Assembly: GCA_965113315.1 (NCBI GenBank) | Contig: OZ220368.1 | Direction: 5' to 3' (one strand) | Source: Podarcis vaucheri | Lineage: Eukaryota | DNA: 64,000 bases | Part shown: piece by piece, positions 55,001-64,000 of the stretch | Layout of the letters: each line of letters begins with the position of its first letter | Position numbering within the stretch: position 1 is the stretch's first letter | Notes under the pieces: model-generated | Told to the model about the DNA's origin: nothing | Seen by the model: only the letters and a program-made list of their open reading frames with translations | Database searches by the model: none | Made by a program: the position numbers and the translations under genes

Positions 55001-58000
55001 GAGATTCCAATTAAACATTAGGAAGAACTTTTTGACAGTAACAGCTGCTTGACAACTGGAACAGACTCCATCGGAAGGTGGTGGATTCTCCTTCACTGGA
55101 AGTTTTCATGCAGAAGTTGTATAGCCATCTGTCATTAATGCTTTAGTTGAGATTTCTGCATTACAGGGTGTTAGACTAGCGATGACCCTAAGGGTCCCAT
55201 CCAACTCTACTATTCTATGATTCTAACTAAACAAGGCCAGCCGGTGAAACTTGAGCTAAGGCTTGCACTCGCGACCATTATCATTCTGCAGACTTCCATT
55301 TGAAATGAAATGCTACTATACCCTGAAAGTCCAATGAAATCCTCAACAGTACTATGGAAATTTACTGGAAAAGGTCAGGAAAGCTACTCCCAGTTGCATA
55401 CAAGGAAGGGGATCTTCAGACTACTTTGACAACAGTAAATCAGCAACAGCATTTTTAAAGAGTCAAAGAGGCAGATTCACTTGTATTTCTATTCCCCAAT
55501 ATCTTGGTCTGAAGGCAGCTGTCTCAGCTGTCACATCACACAGGCCGGCGGCTCACCACCTCAAATTAGAAGTGATGGAAACCAAAACCTTTTTATCCAG
55601 GGAGAGAGCCTAGATGATACAGCCCTCACCTCAAATACACACACATGCCGACAAGAAAAGGGGAATAGCAGGGGACGTGGGAGGATTTGATTTATTAATT
55701 TCATTTATATATCACCTTTTCCTTCGAGGACCTCAGTGTGGTCTACATGGCTCTCCCCTCCCCAGTTTATCCCCACATCAACCCTGTGAGGTAGTTTGGC
55801 TGAGAAATCCAAGGTCACCCAGTGAGCTTCATGGCTGACTAGAGATTCGAATTCTGGTCTCCCAAGTCATAGCCCAACACTTTAACCATTAAAACACACT
55901 GGATTGAGAACAAACACAATCACACAAATGCAGAAAGGTTATGCATTTATGCTGAAGCCATAAAGTTAACAGGAACTGCTGCCTAAAGTACCATCAAGAT
56001 GGCTATAGGAAGAGTGGAGTGCATGTGTGTACAGATTCAACCCAATGTCTTCCAGTGGTGGAAATGTGGTGTTTCCAAGGTGTTCCCATCTTCAGATTCA
56101 TTTTCTCTATTTTTACCAACCTGTTGAAGCCAGAGAAATATGCATTTTTTACACATCTCTTATTGAAAGTGCAACCATTTTTCCTGTACCCCAAACAATT
56201 GTTGCATTACACACAGCATAAGATAATTCCTCTATACATTTTCACATCCCTTGGCTTCTGCTGGGAGATAAGTCACCTCCTAAGAGTCACCCAATAAAAA
56301 GCGCAAAATGGCAACATACACACTTGCCTCTGACCTGAAGCCTTTATCCAATGTGAAATGCAACCAGAATACTTTGCTCTAAGCCAAATGGGCCTGTGTT
56401 ATCACAAGACCAAAAAGGCTTCAGATGTAAGGACACGTCTCTGGTTTCATTGGAGTTTCTTGCATCCTGTCTGTACTCCTGTGTGAAAAACTAGCTTGTC
56501 TAGGCTAAGAAACAGAAAAGCCACCTGGTTTGCTCTCTGGCTAAGAGTAAGAAAGATCTTTCCCCCAAAAAAAACACACACACCAAAAAAACCCCAATGT
56601 TTTGAACACTGTACCATAAGTATATAATGCCTTGTTCCTTAAGGTTAAAATCTAAGCTGCACTTTAATTGGTATAACTATTTTAACTTCCTTTTTCTTTG
56701 TGTTGCTTTTCCCAAGCTTCCCCTGCTCACTGAAGTTTTGAACTGGATAATTCAAACATTCAGAACCAATTAAGCTTCTTCATTCATAAACTAATGTGTG
56801 AGGTTGGGTAGCTCTGCACTGAACATGAAATAAGTGCCTAATATTAGTTCAACCCCTGCCTGTGACAGCCAGATGTCATTAACTACTTTGGTCTAAATGT
56901 CTGCTACAGTGATAACTACAAACCAAATCTATGAGCTCCTGCAAAAGCTGGTTAGCCTACTCAGTCACTTCTGGAACTGGAGCATGAGCATATTGGTTTG
57001 GCTAGATGCTGACTCCCTGGATCTGTGGCACCTGCCATGAAGAGGCAGCCTCAAGACCAGAGAGGATTGTTATTACAAAAAAAACACACCACGTGTTTAA
57101 GAAAGCAGTCTGAATCTACCCTGGCAAAGTACCAATTTCTGTCACTTGCAGGGGGAAAAAAAAGCCTTGGGCTGATGAGGCAAATGCATGGCAGATTTGA
57201 TCCTACTCAAAAACCTGTATCTTGACCCCAATAGTCAATGCTTCCTGCAGCATGAACTGGCACTAAATACAGACTATTATGGCACAATCGCCTGCTTACA
57301 CCCTTTCTCCTCAGTCAGCCAACCAATCTCCACTGTTATAGCATAACAGTTGTATCTTACGGGAAAGCTTGATGCAAGCAGTGCTAAGCAGCGAAGCAAA
57401 GAAGGTTTGAGACAAACGGGGGGGGGGGAGCCGAAGCATCTTTGAGAGCCTGCTACAGCCCTTCCCAGCCAGTGTGGGAGCCATTCTGGCACACCCCTGA
57501 TGGCTCCAACTTCTACCCCAGCACTTGCTGAGCTAATCACCACCTGGGGTGTACTGACCTTTCTTGATGTCAACATTTGCTCTATTGTCAGCTCGCACAA
57601 AGAAGCTGCCTGTGCGTTCCCTTCCAGAGGGAATTATAAAGCAGCATTACCCAGTAACAGATTAGGCCACAAAAGCTAGTGCTGCTATATAACTTTGCAG
57701 AAAGCACAAACCCTTATTCCATATGCACTGTGAAAGTGGGAGGTTTTTAACATCATGACCTAAAGCCTTGGACTAGGAGTCTGCCATTCCTGGCTATGGA
57801 TCTAATAAACAAAGAAAGGGAAGCAAGTCAGGTTCCATATCCAGCTAAAGATATACCTTGGTGAGTTGTCACTATCTGGGCTTTGCTAGGAAGAGGGCTA
57901 GATGTCATAATCCCTACTAGTGAGCTGCCTGGAACCTGTGTGACAATTTAACACGAGCAGAATAACAGAATTCAGGGTGCAATAGGGAGTGGCTGCTCCA

Positions 58001-60552
58001 GTGCTTCGTGAAAATACAATGGGCAGCAAAGGCAGGTTAAAGCTGCCTGAATAGTGACAGGTCCACATCAGAGCACTCTACAAAGCCACAATGGAAGATG
58101 TGTGTTGTTTAACAGAAATAACAATTTCCATCCTGCAGAACTTTACTCATCAGAAAGGGAGAAAAATAAACTGTTCAGGACTAACCCTAAACTGCCTTTT
58201 AATTTCTTTCAGGCCAAAGTATCCCAGTTTCAACCAGGAAAAGAAAATTTCTGCAGTATGTATAACTTATTCAAAGTGAGTGCACCTTTTCTGCTTTTCC
58301 TAGACATGGAGCTATGCAGGCCACAGAGCTCCAGTTCCATGGCCCCTAGGAAACTTACAAGGTATCCTTGGCTTTCAATATTTCATCAGATATTGTTCAC
58401 ACATTTTCAAGCCCACCTTCAAAAACCTGGAGGCTAGAAATGTTCTTTTTCATTTAAAGATAAATTATATTCATCATAATCAATTATAATGAATTATACA
58501 TATGCCCAATGTGGGAAATGGGAGCAGATTGGAGTTCTACTTACACTTGAGTGAAATCTCCAAAAACACATAGCTATAGATATTTCTAAGTATTATTCCT
58601 TAACAACCTCTCAAAAACAGCTCCAAGCTCATGCTTTTCTATCTTGTAAGTGTAGAATTTTATTCTTACAAACAGGCAGCAACAGTTAAGAAACCAATCA
58701 CTTGGCAAAGTGAAATCTTCACTATTATCATAACACAGACTGCCCCACAACTTAAGATGGAGCCTCAAGAAATATGGTGCCCTTTCAGTAACTAGTACCA
58801 CAGCATCCATTCTTCTTGCTTCTCCTTGTTAATGTCCATTATACAGCACATCATAGTCCAGAGATAGGGATAGTTTACCTGGATACAGATAAAGAGCTGT
58901 TTTACTCCAATATACCGTAGTTACTATGAGTGTGAGCTTTGACTGGGAAGTCCCTCTTCAATCCACACATAAACTCACTAGATAGTCTTGAATAAGCTAC
59001 TATTCATCAGCTTCAATATTCAATCTGCAACATGGGGACAAAAATACTTGTCTACAGTATATGGTTGTTTCTGATCTTTCAAAAATGCATTGTATAAATC
59101 TGAAGCACAATTGTATTTTAATTAGCAGCCTGCCTTCCACAAGGCCACAACAAAGAATTTTGAGAAATAGTTGCAAAAGCATTACAGTGAAGGAATGTGG
59201 AACAATTACATAGGTAAGATCCTCTTTAGCCTTGAAGCAAGTGGTGGCACTCACTCTAGTCTAGCATATTTGCCAGTGAAGTTGTGGTATGCCTATAGCA
59301 GAGGTGGGCCACCTGCTAACCAATTTTTTAAAACCCTCAGCAAGCCATCTCTGGCGAGAGTGATCTCCCCCTGCCCCCAGCCTGCTAGCCAGGGAGGAGG
59401 AGGAGAAGGAGGAGAGAGGGAGAGAAAGAAAGAGAGAGAGAAGTAAGGAGTGGCAGAAAAGAGAAAGGAAAGCTGGTGGCAGCCCCACCCATGATCAGCA
59501 TGCAGTCCCCGACAAACGACTGCTAAGGGAATGAGGCCCTCAAAATAAAAGGTTACTCTCATTACAAAATTCATGTAAATATAGGAAGCTGCCTTATACT
59601 AGGACAGACTATTCTAAGTGGAAGGAGCTCTCCAGGGTCTGAGACAGAGGTCTTTCCCATCACCTGCCATCAGAACCTTTTACATGGAGATGCCAGGAGT
59701 CATAGCCAGTATTACAATACCATTTAAATAACTCCTGTGAATTAGGGAACATTTATACCAACATCGAAAAGAGAACAGAGGCAGGTGATTACACAACTGC
59801 CAAAAGAAAGCAGTCACCAGACAACAGTTCATCTTCCAGGTGTGTTTCTAAAGGCCACTTTGCTTTCTACAACTACAGGGTATCTCCTGAGGAGTGAAGC
59901 TAAAGGAGAAACCCCAAAGTGCCATGACTATGACATGCTAAGGATTCAATGAGTAACAGGATGCCCCCTGGGTATGCTGTCAGGGCAGAGCATCACTTCT
60001 GCAAATGCCCCCTCAAGCCAGCAGCAGTAGTGTCACCCCCCCCCCTGCCAGGCTCATCATGATACACTCTCAGAAGGAGGTAAGCAGAGGAAAGGTTCCC
60101 AGATCATAACGCAAGGACCAATATTACTGCCACTCCAAAGTGAGTGTGTGTGTGTGTGACTCAATGGGATTCAGAGGCTATAGTAGTGCAAACTAAACCG
60201 TGAAGCCAATGTCAGAGACCAATAACATGCCAAGGGCATCCCCTGAAGAAGATCAAGATGGGAGCAGCTATGCCCACCGAATAGGTGAAGTACAAAACTA
60301 CTGGAACTCAAGACAGCATTCTCTGAGACAAATGTACACTGAAAGCCTGAGCACATTGAAAGCTCCTAATCCCGTGTACGCAAATTAACCGGGGTGTAGG
60401 ATAAGGCACTTCCACCCAAGCCACCCCGCAACCACAACACAGGTACCCTAAAGCGGCCCCTCCTGCCCACCTCTCACCTTCTCCACGTTCTCCACGGTGA
60501 AGTCCAGGGTCTGCGGGAGGGCAGCGGCGGCAGCCTCCCCTCGGCGCTCCAT
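19290..60552 (-). CDS. IPO13: Importin-13, full gene, 20 coding exons, 2883 nt, 960 aa
   Basis: Spliced translation runs [46 protein letters not shown]...[19 protein letters not shown], colinear with mammalian IPO13; every intron GT-AG, phases consistent. Confidence 0.98.
20179..20360 (-). CDS. IPO13: IPO13 exon 19
   Basis: [14 protein letters not shown]...FSQQILR; |GTGAAC. Confidence 0.95.
20730..20819 (-). CDS. IPO13: IPO13 exon 18
   Basis: [14 protein letters not shown]...LQAVLE; |GTAAGG. Confidence 0.94.
21192..21250 (-). CDS. IPO13: IPO13 exon 17
   Basis: [20 protein letters not shown]; |GTGAGT. Confidence 0.94.
21530..21596 (-). CDS. IPO13: IPO13 exon 16
   Basis: [22 protein letters not shown]; |GTGAGT. 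Confidence 0.94.
22405..22595 (+). mobile_element. tRNA-derived SINE (Squam3-like)
   Basis: GGGCTGTAATTCAGTGGCAGAGCATCTG tRNA head; CAGTGTAGACAATACTGAGCTAGATGGACC...CTTCCTATG CR1-type tail. Confidence 0.75.
24970..25001. repeat. (GT)n microsatellite
   Basis: About 16 GT units. Confidence 0.95.
25625..25653 (+). mobile_element. 3' tip of Sauria SINE (Squam1)
   Basis: TGGTCAGGGGTCCCTTTACCTTTACC, diagnostic (ACCTTT)n tail. Confidence 0.55.
26631..26683 (-). CDS. IPO13: IPO13 exon 15
   Basis: [18 protein letters not shown]; |GTGTGT. Confidence 0.94.
28176..28272 (-). CDS. IPO13: IPO13 exon 14
   Basis: [12 protein letters not shown]...TLFQQ; |GTACGT. Confidence 0.95.
28543..28680 (-). CDS. IPO13: IPO13 exon 13
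   Basis: [11 protein letters not shown]...IDLTRQ; |GTAAGT. Confidence 0.95.
29054..29134 (-). CDS. IPO13: IPO13 exon 12
   Basis: [27 protein letters not shown]; |GTAATG. Confidence 0.94.
29189..29216. repeat. (GAG)n trinucleotide repeat just upstream of the IPO13 exon 12 acceptor
   Basis: About 9 GAG units. Confidence 0.9.
29685..29828 (-). CDS. IPO13: IPO13 exon 11
   Basis: [14 protein letters not shown]...PQGPNP; |GTGGGT. Confidence 0.94.
30205..30339 (-). CDS. IPO13: IPO13 exon 10
   Basis: [12 protein letters not shown]...KLADET; |GTGAGC. Confidence 0.95.
30908..30934 (-). CDS. IPO13: IPO13 exon 9 (27-nt microexon DVLMKQIHK)
   Basis: ttctgtag| / |GTAAGA; required to keep homology to IPO13. 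Confidence 0.93.
31908..32089 (-). CDS. IPO13: IPO13 exon 8
   Basis: [11 protein letters not shown]...NIVAVSQ; |GTAACT. Confidence 0.95.
32777..32924 (-). CDS. IPO13: IPO13 exon 7
   Basis: [11 protein letters not shown]...VMFTI; |GTAAGA. Confidence 0.95.
33439..33635. mobile_element. PIF/Harbinger-like MITE
   Basis: TIRs GGGCTCACCCACACTT / AATGTGGATGAGCTC; homologous to 49393-49634. Confidence 0.6.
34681..34801 (-). CDS. IPO13: IPO13 exon 6
   Basis: [10 protein letters not shown]...PSSWQ; |GTGAGT. Confidence 0.95.
35011..35177 (-). CDS. IPO13: IPO13 exon 5
   Basis: [11 protein letters not shown]...EQFRIYR; |GTATGA. Confidence 0.95.
37155..37296 (-). CDS. IPO13: IPO13 exon 4
   Basis: [12 protein letters not shown]...FWYTLQ; |GTAAGT. 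Confidence 0.95.
37422..37557. mobile_element. hAT MITE (same family as 8147)
   Basis: Perfect 8-bp TSD CTCTACAG; TIRs CAGGCA.CCCCAAACTC. Confidence 0.9.
37637..37772. mobile_element. hAT MITE (same family as 8147)
   Basis: TIR CAGGCATGGCCAAA; TSD GTATAGTC/GTATAGTA. Confidence 0.9.
37901..38402. mobile_element. Non-autonomous hAT element (about 500 bp)
   Basis: 14-bp TIR CATAGCTGTCAACT; perfect 8-bp TSD GTAGGGCA; subterminal TAAGGGA repeats. Confidence 0.9.
38484..38624 (-). CDS. IPO13: IPO13 exon 3
   Basis: [19 protein letters not shown]...GENHSR; cag| / |GTGAGG. Confidence 0.95.
39384..39552. mobile_element. Tc1/mariner-pogo MITE
   Basis: TA|CCGTATTTTT ... AAAAATACGG|TA. Confidence 0.8.
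39692..39933. mobile_element. Tigger/pogo-like MITE
   Basis: TA|CAGTGGTACCT ... AGGTACCACTG|TA; internal GCTTCAGGTTACAGA repeats. Confidence 0.85.
40245..40330. repeat. 43-bp perfect tandem duplication
   Basis: ACCAAAAGGTAATGTAAAGTGTAAAATTCCTATTTCTACATAG x2. Confidence 0.95.
40915..41049. mobile_element. Diverged hAT MITE (ACTACAACTCCC family)
   Basis: CTCCAGATGTTG...CTCCCATCATCCCTG...GATGGGAGTTG...TATCCCTG. Confidence 0.6.
41095..41960 (+). mobile_element. Degraded L2 LINE, RT C-terminus and 3'UTR
   Basis: Frames read [48 protein letters not shown] (L2 ORF2 hallmarks). Confidence 0.8.
42115..42460 (-). mobile_element. Squam3-like SINE interrupted by a younger L2-type 3' tail (42269-42414)
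   Basis: SINE colinear either side; insertion flanked by CCTTCTT duplication (42262-42268, 42415-42421). Confidence 0.7.
44395..44557 (+). mobile_element. CR1 LINE 3' end
   Basis: ...TTGGACTAGATGATCTTCAGGGTGCCTTCTAACTC...GATTCTATG tail. Confidence 0.8.
45776..46162. mobile_element. Non-autonomous hAT element
   Basis: CAGGGATGAGAAAACCTC ... AGGTCCCGACTCCTG termini; partial relative at about 62125-62212. Confidence 0.6.
47174..47264. repeat. About 45-bp imperfect tandem duplication
   Basis: GTTTTAGCTTAATTTCAG...GGTAATTCTGTT.TTATTGG x2. Confidence 0.8.
47588..48324 (-). CDS. IPO13: IPO13 exon 2 (737 nt)
   Basis: [10 protein letters not shown]...ISQPDAQR; tag| / |GTAAGT. Confidence 0.97.
48650..48889. 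mobile_element. Tigger/pogo-like non-autonomous element
   Basis: TA|CAGTGGTACCT ... AGGTATGACTG|TA; three internal TGCGCATG. Confidence 0.8.
49393..49634. mobile_element. PIF/Harbinger-like MITE
   Basis: TAA|GGGCT.CTCCACACT ... AGTGTGAACGAGCCC|TGA. Confidence 0.65.
49840..50636 (+). mobile_element. hAT (Charlie/Buster-type) transposon 3' remnant with fossil transposase C-terminus
   Basis: From 50009: [34 protein letters not shown], then [32 protein letters not shown]; ends in AAAAAGATTGGGAACCATTG TIR. Confidence 0.8.
51235..51365 (+). mobile_element. CR1 reverse-transcriptase fragment
   Basis: AAATTTGCAGATGGTGCCAAATTATTCAGG = [10 protein letters not shown] (cf. KFADDTKL). Confidence 0.55.
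51548..51790. mobile_element. Non-autonomous hAT, OposCharlie1(OC1)-like
   Basis: TSD CTCCAGAT/CTCCAAAT; 3' end ATAGTCCGGC...GGTCTGAGGGACAGTGGACTGGCCC...AAAAAGGTTGCTGACCCCTG. Confidence 0.75.
54670..55224 (+). mobile_element. CR1 LINE 3' portion
   Basis: [20 protein letters not shown] (CR1 ORF2 motif); ATTCTATGATTCT tail. Confidence 0.9.
55690..55900 (-). mobile_element. tRNA-derived SINE (MIR/Squam2-like)
   Basis: Reverse complement of the 14490-14700 family (AAGGTCACCCAGTGAGCTTCATGGCTG). Confidence 0.65.
59580..59700 (-). mobile_element. Squam3-like SINE fragment
   Basis: ATAGGAAGCTGCCTTATAC...GCTCTCCAGGG...GGAGATGCCAGG. Confidence 0.5.
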
Positions 60553-61680
60553 GGCGCCGGCACGCCGACGGTCCGAGCCTCGCCCTGCACTGGGGCTCAG
60601 CTACAGGGGGGTAGGCGGCGGCGGCGACGACAGCGGCGGCAGCATCTTGGGGTGGAAGGACGGGAGAAAGAAGAGAAGAGCAGCCCCCCAACCGAGAGAG
60701 AAAGGGCAATTCTCTCTGCCTGTGTCTCGCCCGAAGGAAAGGGGAGTGCTACGTGTGCTCAGCCTGTCAATGGGAGGGTTTTTTTTAAAAAGGGGGTGGG
60801 GGCTGCCGGATTATTTCCCAATATTCTTCTCTGCAAGAGGGATACATGCCTAGCTGCCCCCCACAGGGCGATGTGGGGGGGACGGGACTCTCAGCAGGGA
60901 AATAAGGGGAGAATCTCCCGCCTGTTCCCAACAAGATTCAGAGTGAATGGAAGCTACCTGCCTCCGCCCCGGTAAAGCGCACGGACTATCTGCGCCCCGC
61001 CTTGAGTGGGATTATTGGGAGGGAGGGAGCACAGAAAAGGCTTGATAAACTGACGCAAATTTCCTGGGGAAGCGGGGAATCTGTCCTTCTGCCCTTAATG
61101 GCGGAGGAGGTGCCTGCCTATCACCCGCCACAGACAGACAGACAGACAGACAGAAGGGCGTCTGCCGGTCTCGTACTCGCCCGGCCCCTCCCGCTCAACG
61201 CCCCCCGAGGAGGGTCGCTCTATCTGCCTGAGGCGGCAACCGCTGCTGCCGCCACCGCCGCCGAGACGCCTCCCTGGCCACTCAGTCGGACTAATTGACT
61301 GGCAGTTGGGCCGGGCACCCAGTGGGGCACCCAGTGAGAGCGGAGGGAGGGAGGGCCTCACGCGCTGCCGGGTTGTCCACGCCAAAAGCCCTCTTTCCAG
61401 CTCGCTCGCTCGCTTCCAGTCAGGCGCCTAGAACAGCCGCTTCCCGCTGAGGACCAAGCTTGTGGCGGAAGGATCATGGGAGTTGTAGTTCCTAGCTCCG
61501 GAAGCGAGAGATACATTGGCCGAGGGGTGCTCATGGGAGTTGTAGTTCTTGCAGTGTGGCGAGTCTCTGCCTACTGCACCCCCTGGTGGCGGGGGGAAAA
61601 TAGTGAATCTCAGCTAAGCAGTGGGATTCTGCGAGACTGGGGCGAACGAAGTTGGAAGTGGCACCCCGGTAAGGGAGTCT
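60400..61680. promoter_or_regulatory. CpG island: IPO13 promoter and long GC-rich 5'UTR
   Basis: CpG-dense; two identical TCATGGGAGTTGTAGTTC (61474-61491, 61531-61548) = ZNF143/THAP11 ACTACAACTCCCA motif, with CCGGAAG (ETS) and ATTGG between them. Confidence 0.85.
60478..60552 (-). CDS. IPO13: IPO13 exon 1 (coding part)
   Basis: gcgccATGG; [25 protein letters not shown]; donor GTGAGA. Confidence 0.95.
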
Positions 61681-64000
61681 GGTCCAGGTACCTCGTAGCA
61701 GCAGCAAATTTGCAGCTGGTATAAAATAGAATGTTATGGAAACGCTTAGGTAACCCATAAATCACTCAAAGCAAGTTACAGAAACACTCCCAATCCCGGT
61801 AGACAACCTTTCAAGTGGCATTGGTGGGTGGGGTCAGGTGTAAAAGAAGGCAGAGCATCGGATGTGACTCACCTCTGCGTAGTGGGCTACTTTTTACAGT
61901 TCATTGACATGTTCTGGTCAGATAAAAAAGGGGGCACAGAGCAGGGTCAGTGACAATGCTGGATTAAACCCTGTGGAGGCCCCATGGCAATTGAAATATT
62001 GGGGGGGGGGCTCACAAATTATCTCCTAATATATTTTTTGTAATTTTCTTTAAAGACCAAGTCAATATTATTTTGATCCATTGTCGAGGGGCCCCTGAAA
62101 GGCATAGGCCCATAGGCCAGTCAGTGAAGGATGTGGCCTGGGAGGTCTCAGGGCCGGAAAGAGAATTTGGAGAGCTACAATCAGCCCCCATCCCTGAGGT
62201 TCCTCAGCCCTGGTTAAACATTTAAACAACAAACAACCAAGCCATAAGACCACACCAGTCCCAGCAACATAAAAAACAAAACTAGGTGTCTTTATGAACC
62301 TGGGCAGAAAGGGAGGGGCAGCTACTTTACAGATGCACTCCTACACTCTTCGACAGAGTAAGTCACCAGGACTAACTTCCAAGTAAACACTGCACAACAG
62401 GCGCCAGTATAAACACTGCTTAAGCTACTTGTGTGGTAGGCACTAGTCCAGGATTTAGTAATGTGTGGAACGTGTTTGCATAACTAACTGCTGGAGTACA
62501 TGCAGTTATGCGTGCCTAATTTGTTATTACCATCACTTGTGTTTAAAGGTTCTTTATTATTTGTTTATCCAATCCTGATCGGTAGTTGGATTTGTTATTT
62601 TTAATGATTGGTGTAGATGGCAGGTTGTAAATATTTTAATTAATAAATAAAATAGCTTACCACTGATATTTGCTACCTGCTAAGTTTGAAAACATCTCCG
62701 ATTGTGTTGGAGATGTGACTTGTACAATGTTTATCCAACAAGAAATATGCATGCATCATGCACTAGGGGGATCATAAAAGACATTGTATTTTCTACCAAA
62801 TGGAGGAGTAGCCATGTTGTCTCTAGTTTTAATGGGGGTCTTACTTTTCAGAATTTTGGTTTTCAGTGTGGAAAAGTCCCTCCAACAGAACTCCCTTTTT
62901 CCTTTCAGGAATGTGTTGATAGATGCCAGCTTAACCTTGGCTCAAATTGGAGAAGGTCAGCAGCACAATCTATTCTTTACCACCTGTGCTGTTGTTAGAA
63001 ATGAATAAAATAACATATTCTAAGCATTCCAGAGGTTTCTAGAGCTTATTTTTATACTATCTGGTAACCATTTACCAACACTGTATGCCAGTGGATCCAG
63101 TTTTGAATAAAGGAACGTCAACTGCCATGTTAAGATGGACTAGTCTGTAATACTTTTCACAAAATTACTTAACATTTGTTGCACAAAAACCCTCTTTTTA
63201 CCCTGAAACTGAGGTGAGAGGACTCCCAGGATTTGCAGGTTTTTACCTAGAAAGGAAGCAGCTCTTAGTAAATTCTCCTAGGCACTGCTGGCCAGAGTTC
63301 AATCTGCTGGCCTTTTAACTCACTTTCAACCAAGCACGTATAAATAAACAAGAGGTTTGGCACATGGGTGATAAACTTTGAGATGACAAGGCACATAGTC
63401 AAATGCTTGTCTGCGCCCACACTTGCTTCAGAAACTATATTTATGAATTAAGCTGGTTTGCATATTTGTTGTTTCCCCCCCTCCTACACAGATACACACG
63501 AAGCCAATTTCTCACTGCCTTAACAGGCTTTATTGCTACAGGAAGTTGCTGCTGTACAAAAATAGAGTTTATTCAAATGCAAATAAAGGGTAGAGAATAT
63601 AAAAATCAGGAAAGGAAAAAGAGGAAATGCCTTTGATCAGGCCAAGAAGGGAAAAGGGAGTAGGAACTGCTGGTCACAGGCCGGGACATAACATCAGCAC
63701 CCGTTTTCAATGGTACACCAGGCCCGACTCTCAGCATCATAAATAGGTGCCACTGGGTGGGTAGGGTGGGGTTCAAACAAATAAATAAATAAGTTAGAGA
63801 ATAAATAACTTTGTTCAGAAAGTGTCACTTCTAGGACAGAGAGTTCCCCACCCTGCTGGCACCAAGTGATGGCTGACTCAGGGATTAGCAGGGGCTATTG
63901 CTGCTTCCAGTGTTGGCCTGGCAACTGTAGTGGCCAAACTCCAAGCTGCTGGTGGTGTGTTAGGGAATGTTGCAAACCAGGATGTTAACACCATCATTGG

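Noticed and set aside
61474-61548. 18-bp direct repeat with spacer, superficially CRISPR-like
   Set aside because: Only two copies, in a vertebrate promoter; explained as tandem ZNF143/THAP11 sites.
104-63636. Most of the short ORFs in the six-frame track
   Set aside because: They have no recognisable homology and lie in introns, UTRs or repeats, or are antisense shadows of real exons (e.g. 47609-47860, 11585-11833).
63420-63640. Possible 3' end of an upstream - strand gene (ARTN in human synteny) or octamer/MEF2 enhancer
   Set aside because: Only short motifs (TTTATT, ATGCAAAT) in AT-rich DNA; no coding evidence in the window.

Overview
Eukaryotic (vertebrate) genomic DNA. The repeat content points to a squamate reptile, probably a lacertid lizard: Sauria/Squam-type SINEs, CR1, L2, and hAT/Tigger/Harbinger MITEs. 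Three genes are present. (1) The first coding exon of ATP6V0B (- strand, 7480-7546); its remaining exons lie left of the window. (2) A complete DPH2 (+ strand, 6 coding exons, 8639-13711, 475 aa), head-to-head with ATP6V0B on one CpG island. (3) A complete IPO13 (- strand, 20 coding exons, 60552->19290, 960 aa), convergent with DPH2. All DPH2/IPO13 introns are GT-AG and phase-consistent. Most entries in the ORF track are intronic noise. Most notable: a CpG-intact Penelope-like element terminus carrying a minimal hammerhead ribozyme core (2829-2866); DPH2 inverted relative to the human locus and sharing a CLEAR/NF-Y bidirectional promoter with ATP6V0B; a frame-preserving candidate cassette exon built from a Harbinger MITE in IPO13 intron 6; a hAT MITE family carrying the same ZNF143/THAP11 motif as the IPO13 promoter; and a candidate divergent lncRNA. 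No wholly new multi-gene system is evident. All assignments come from reading the sequence and recalled homology, not from database searches.
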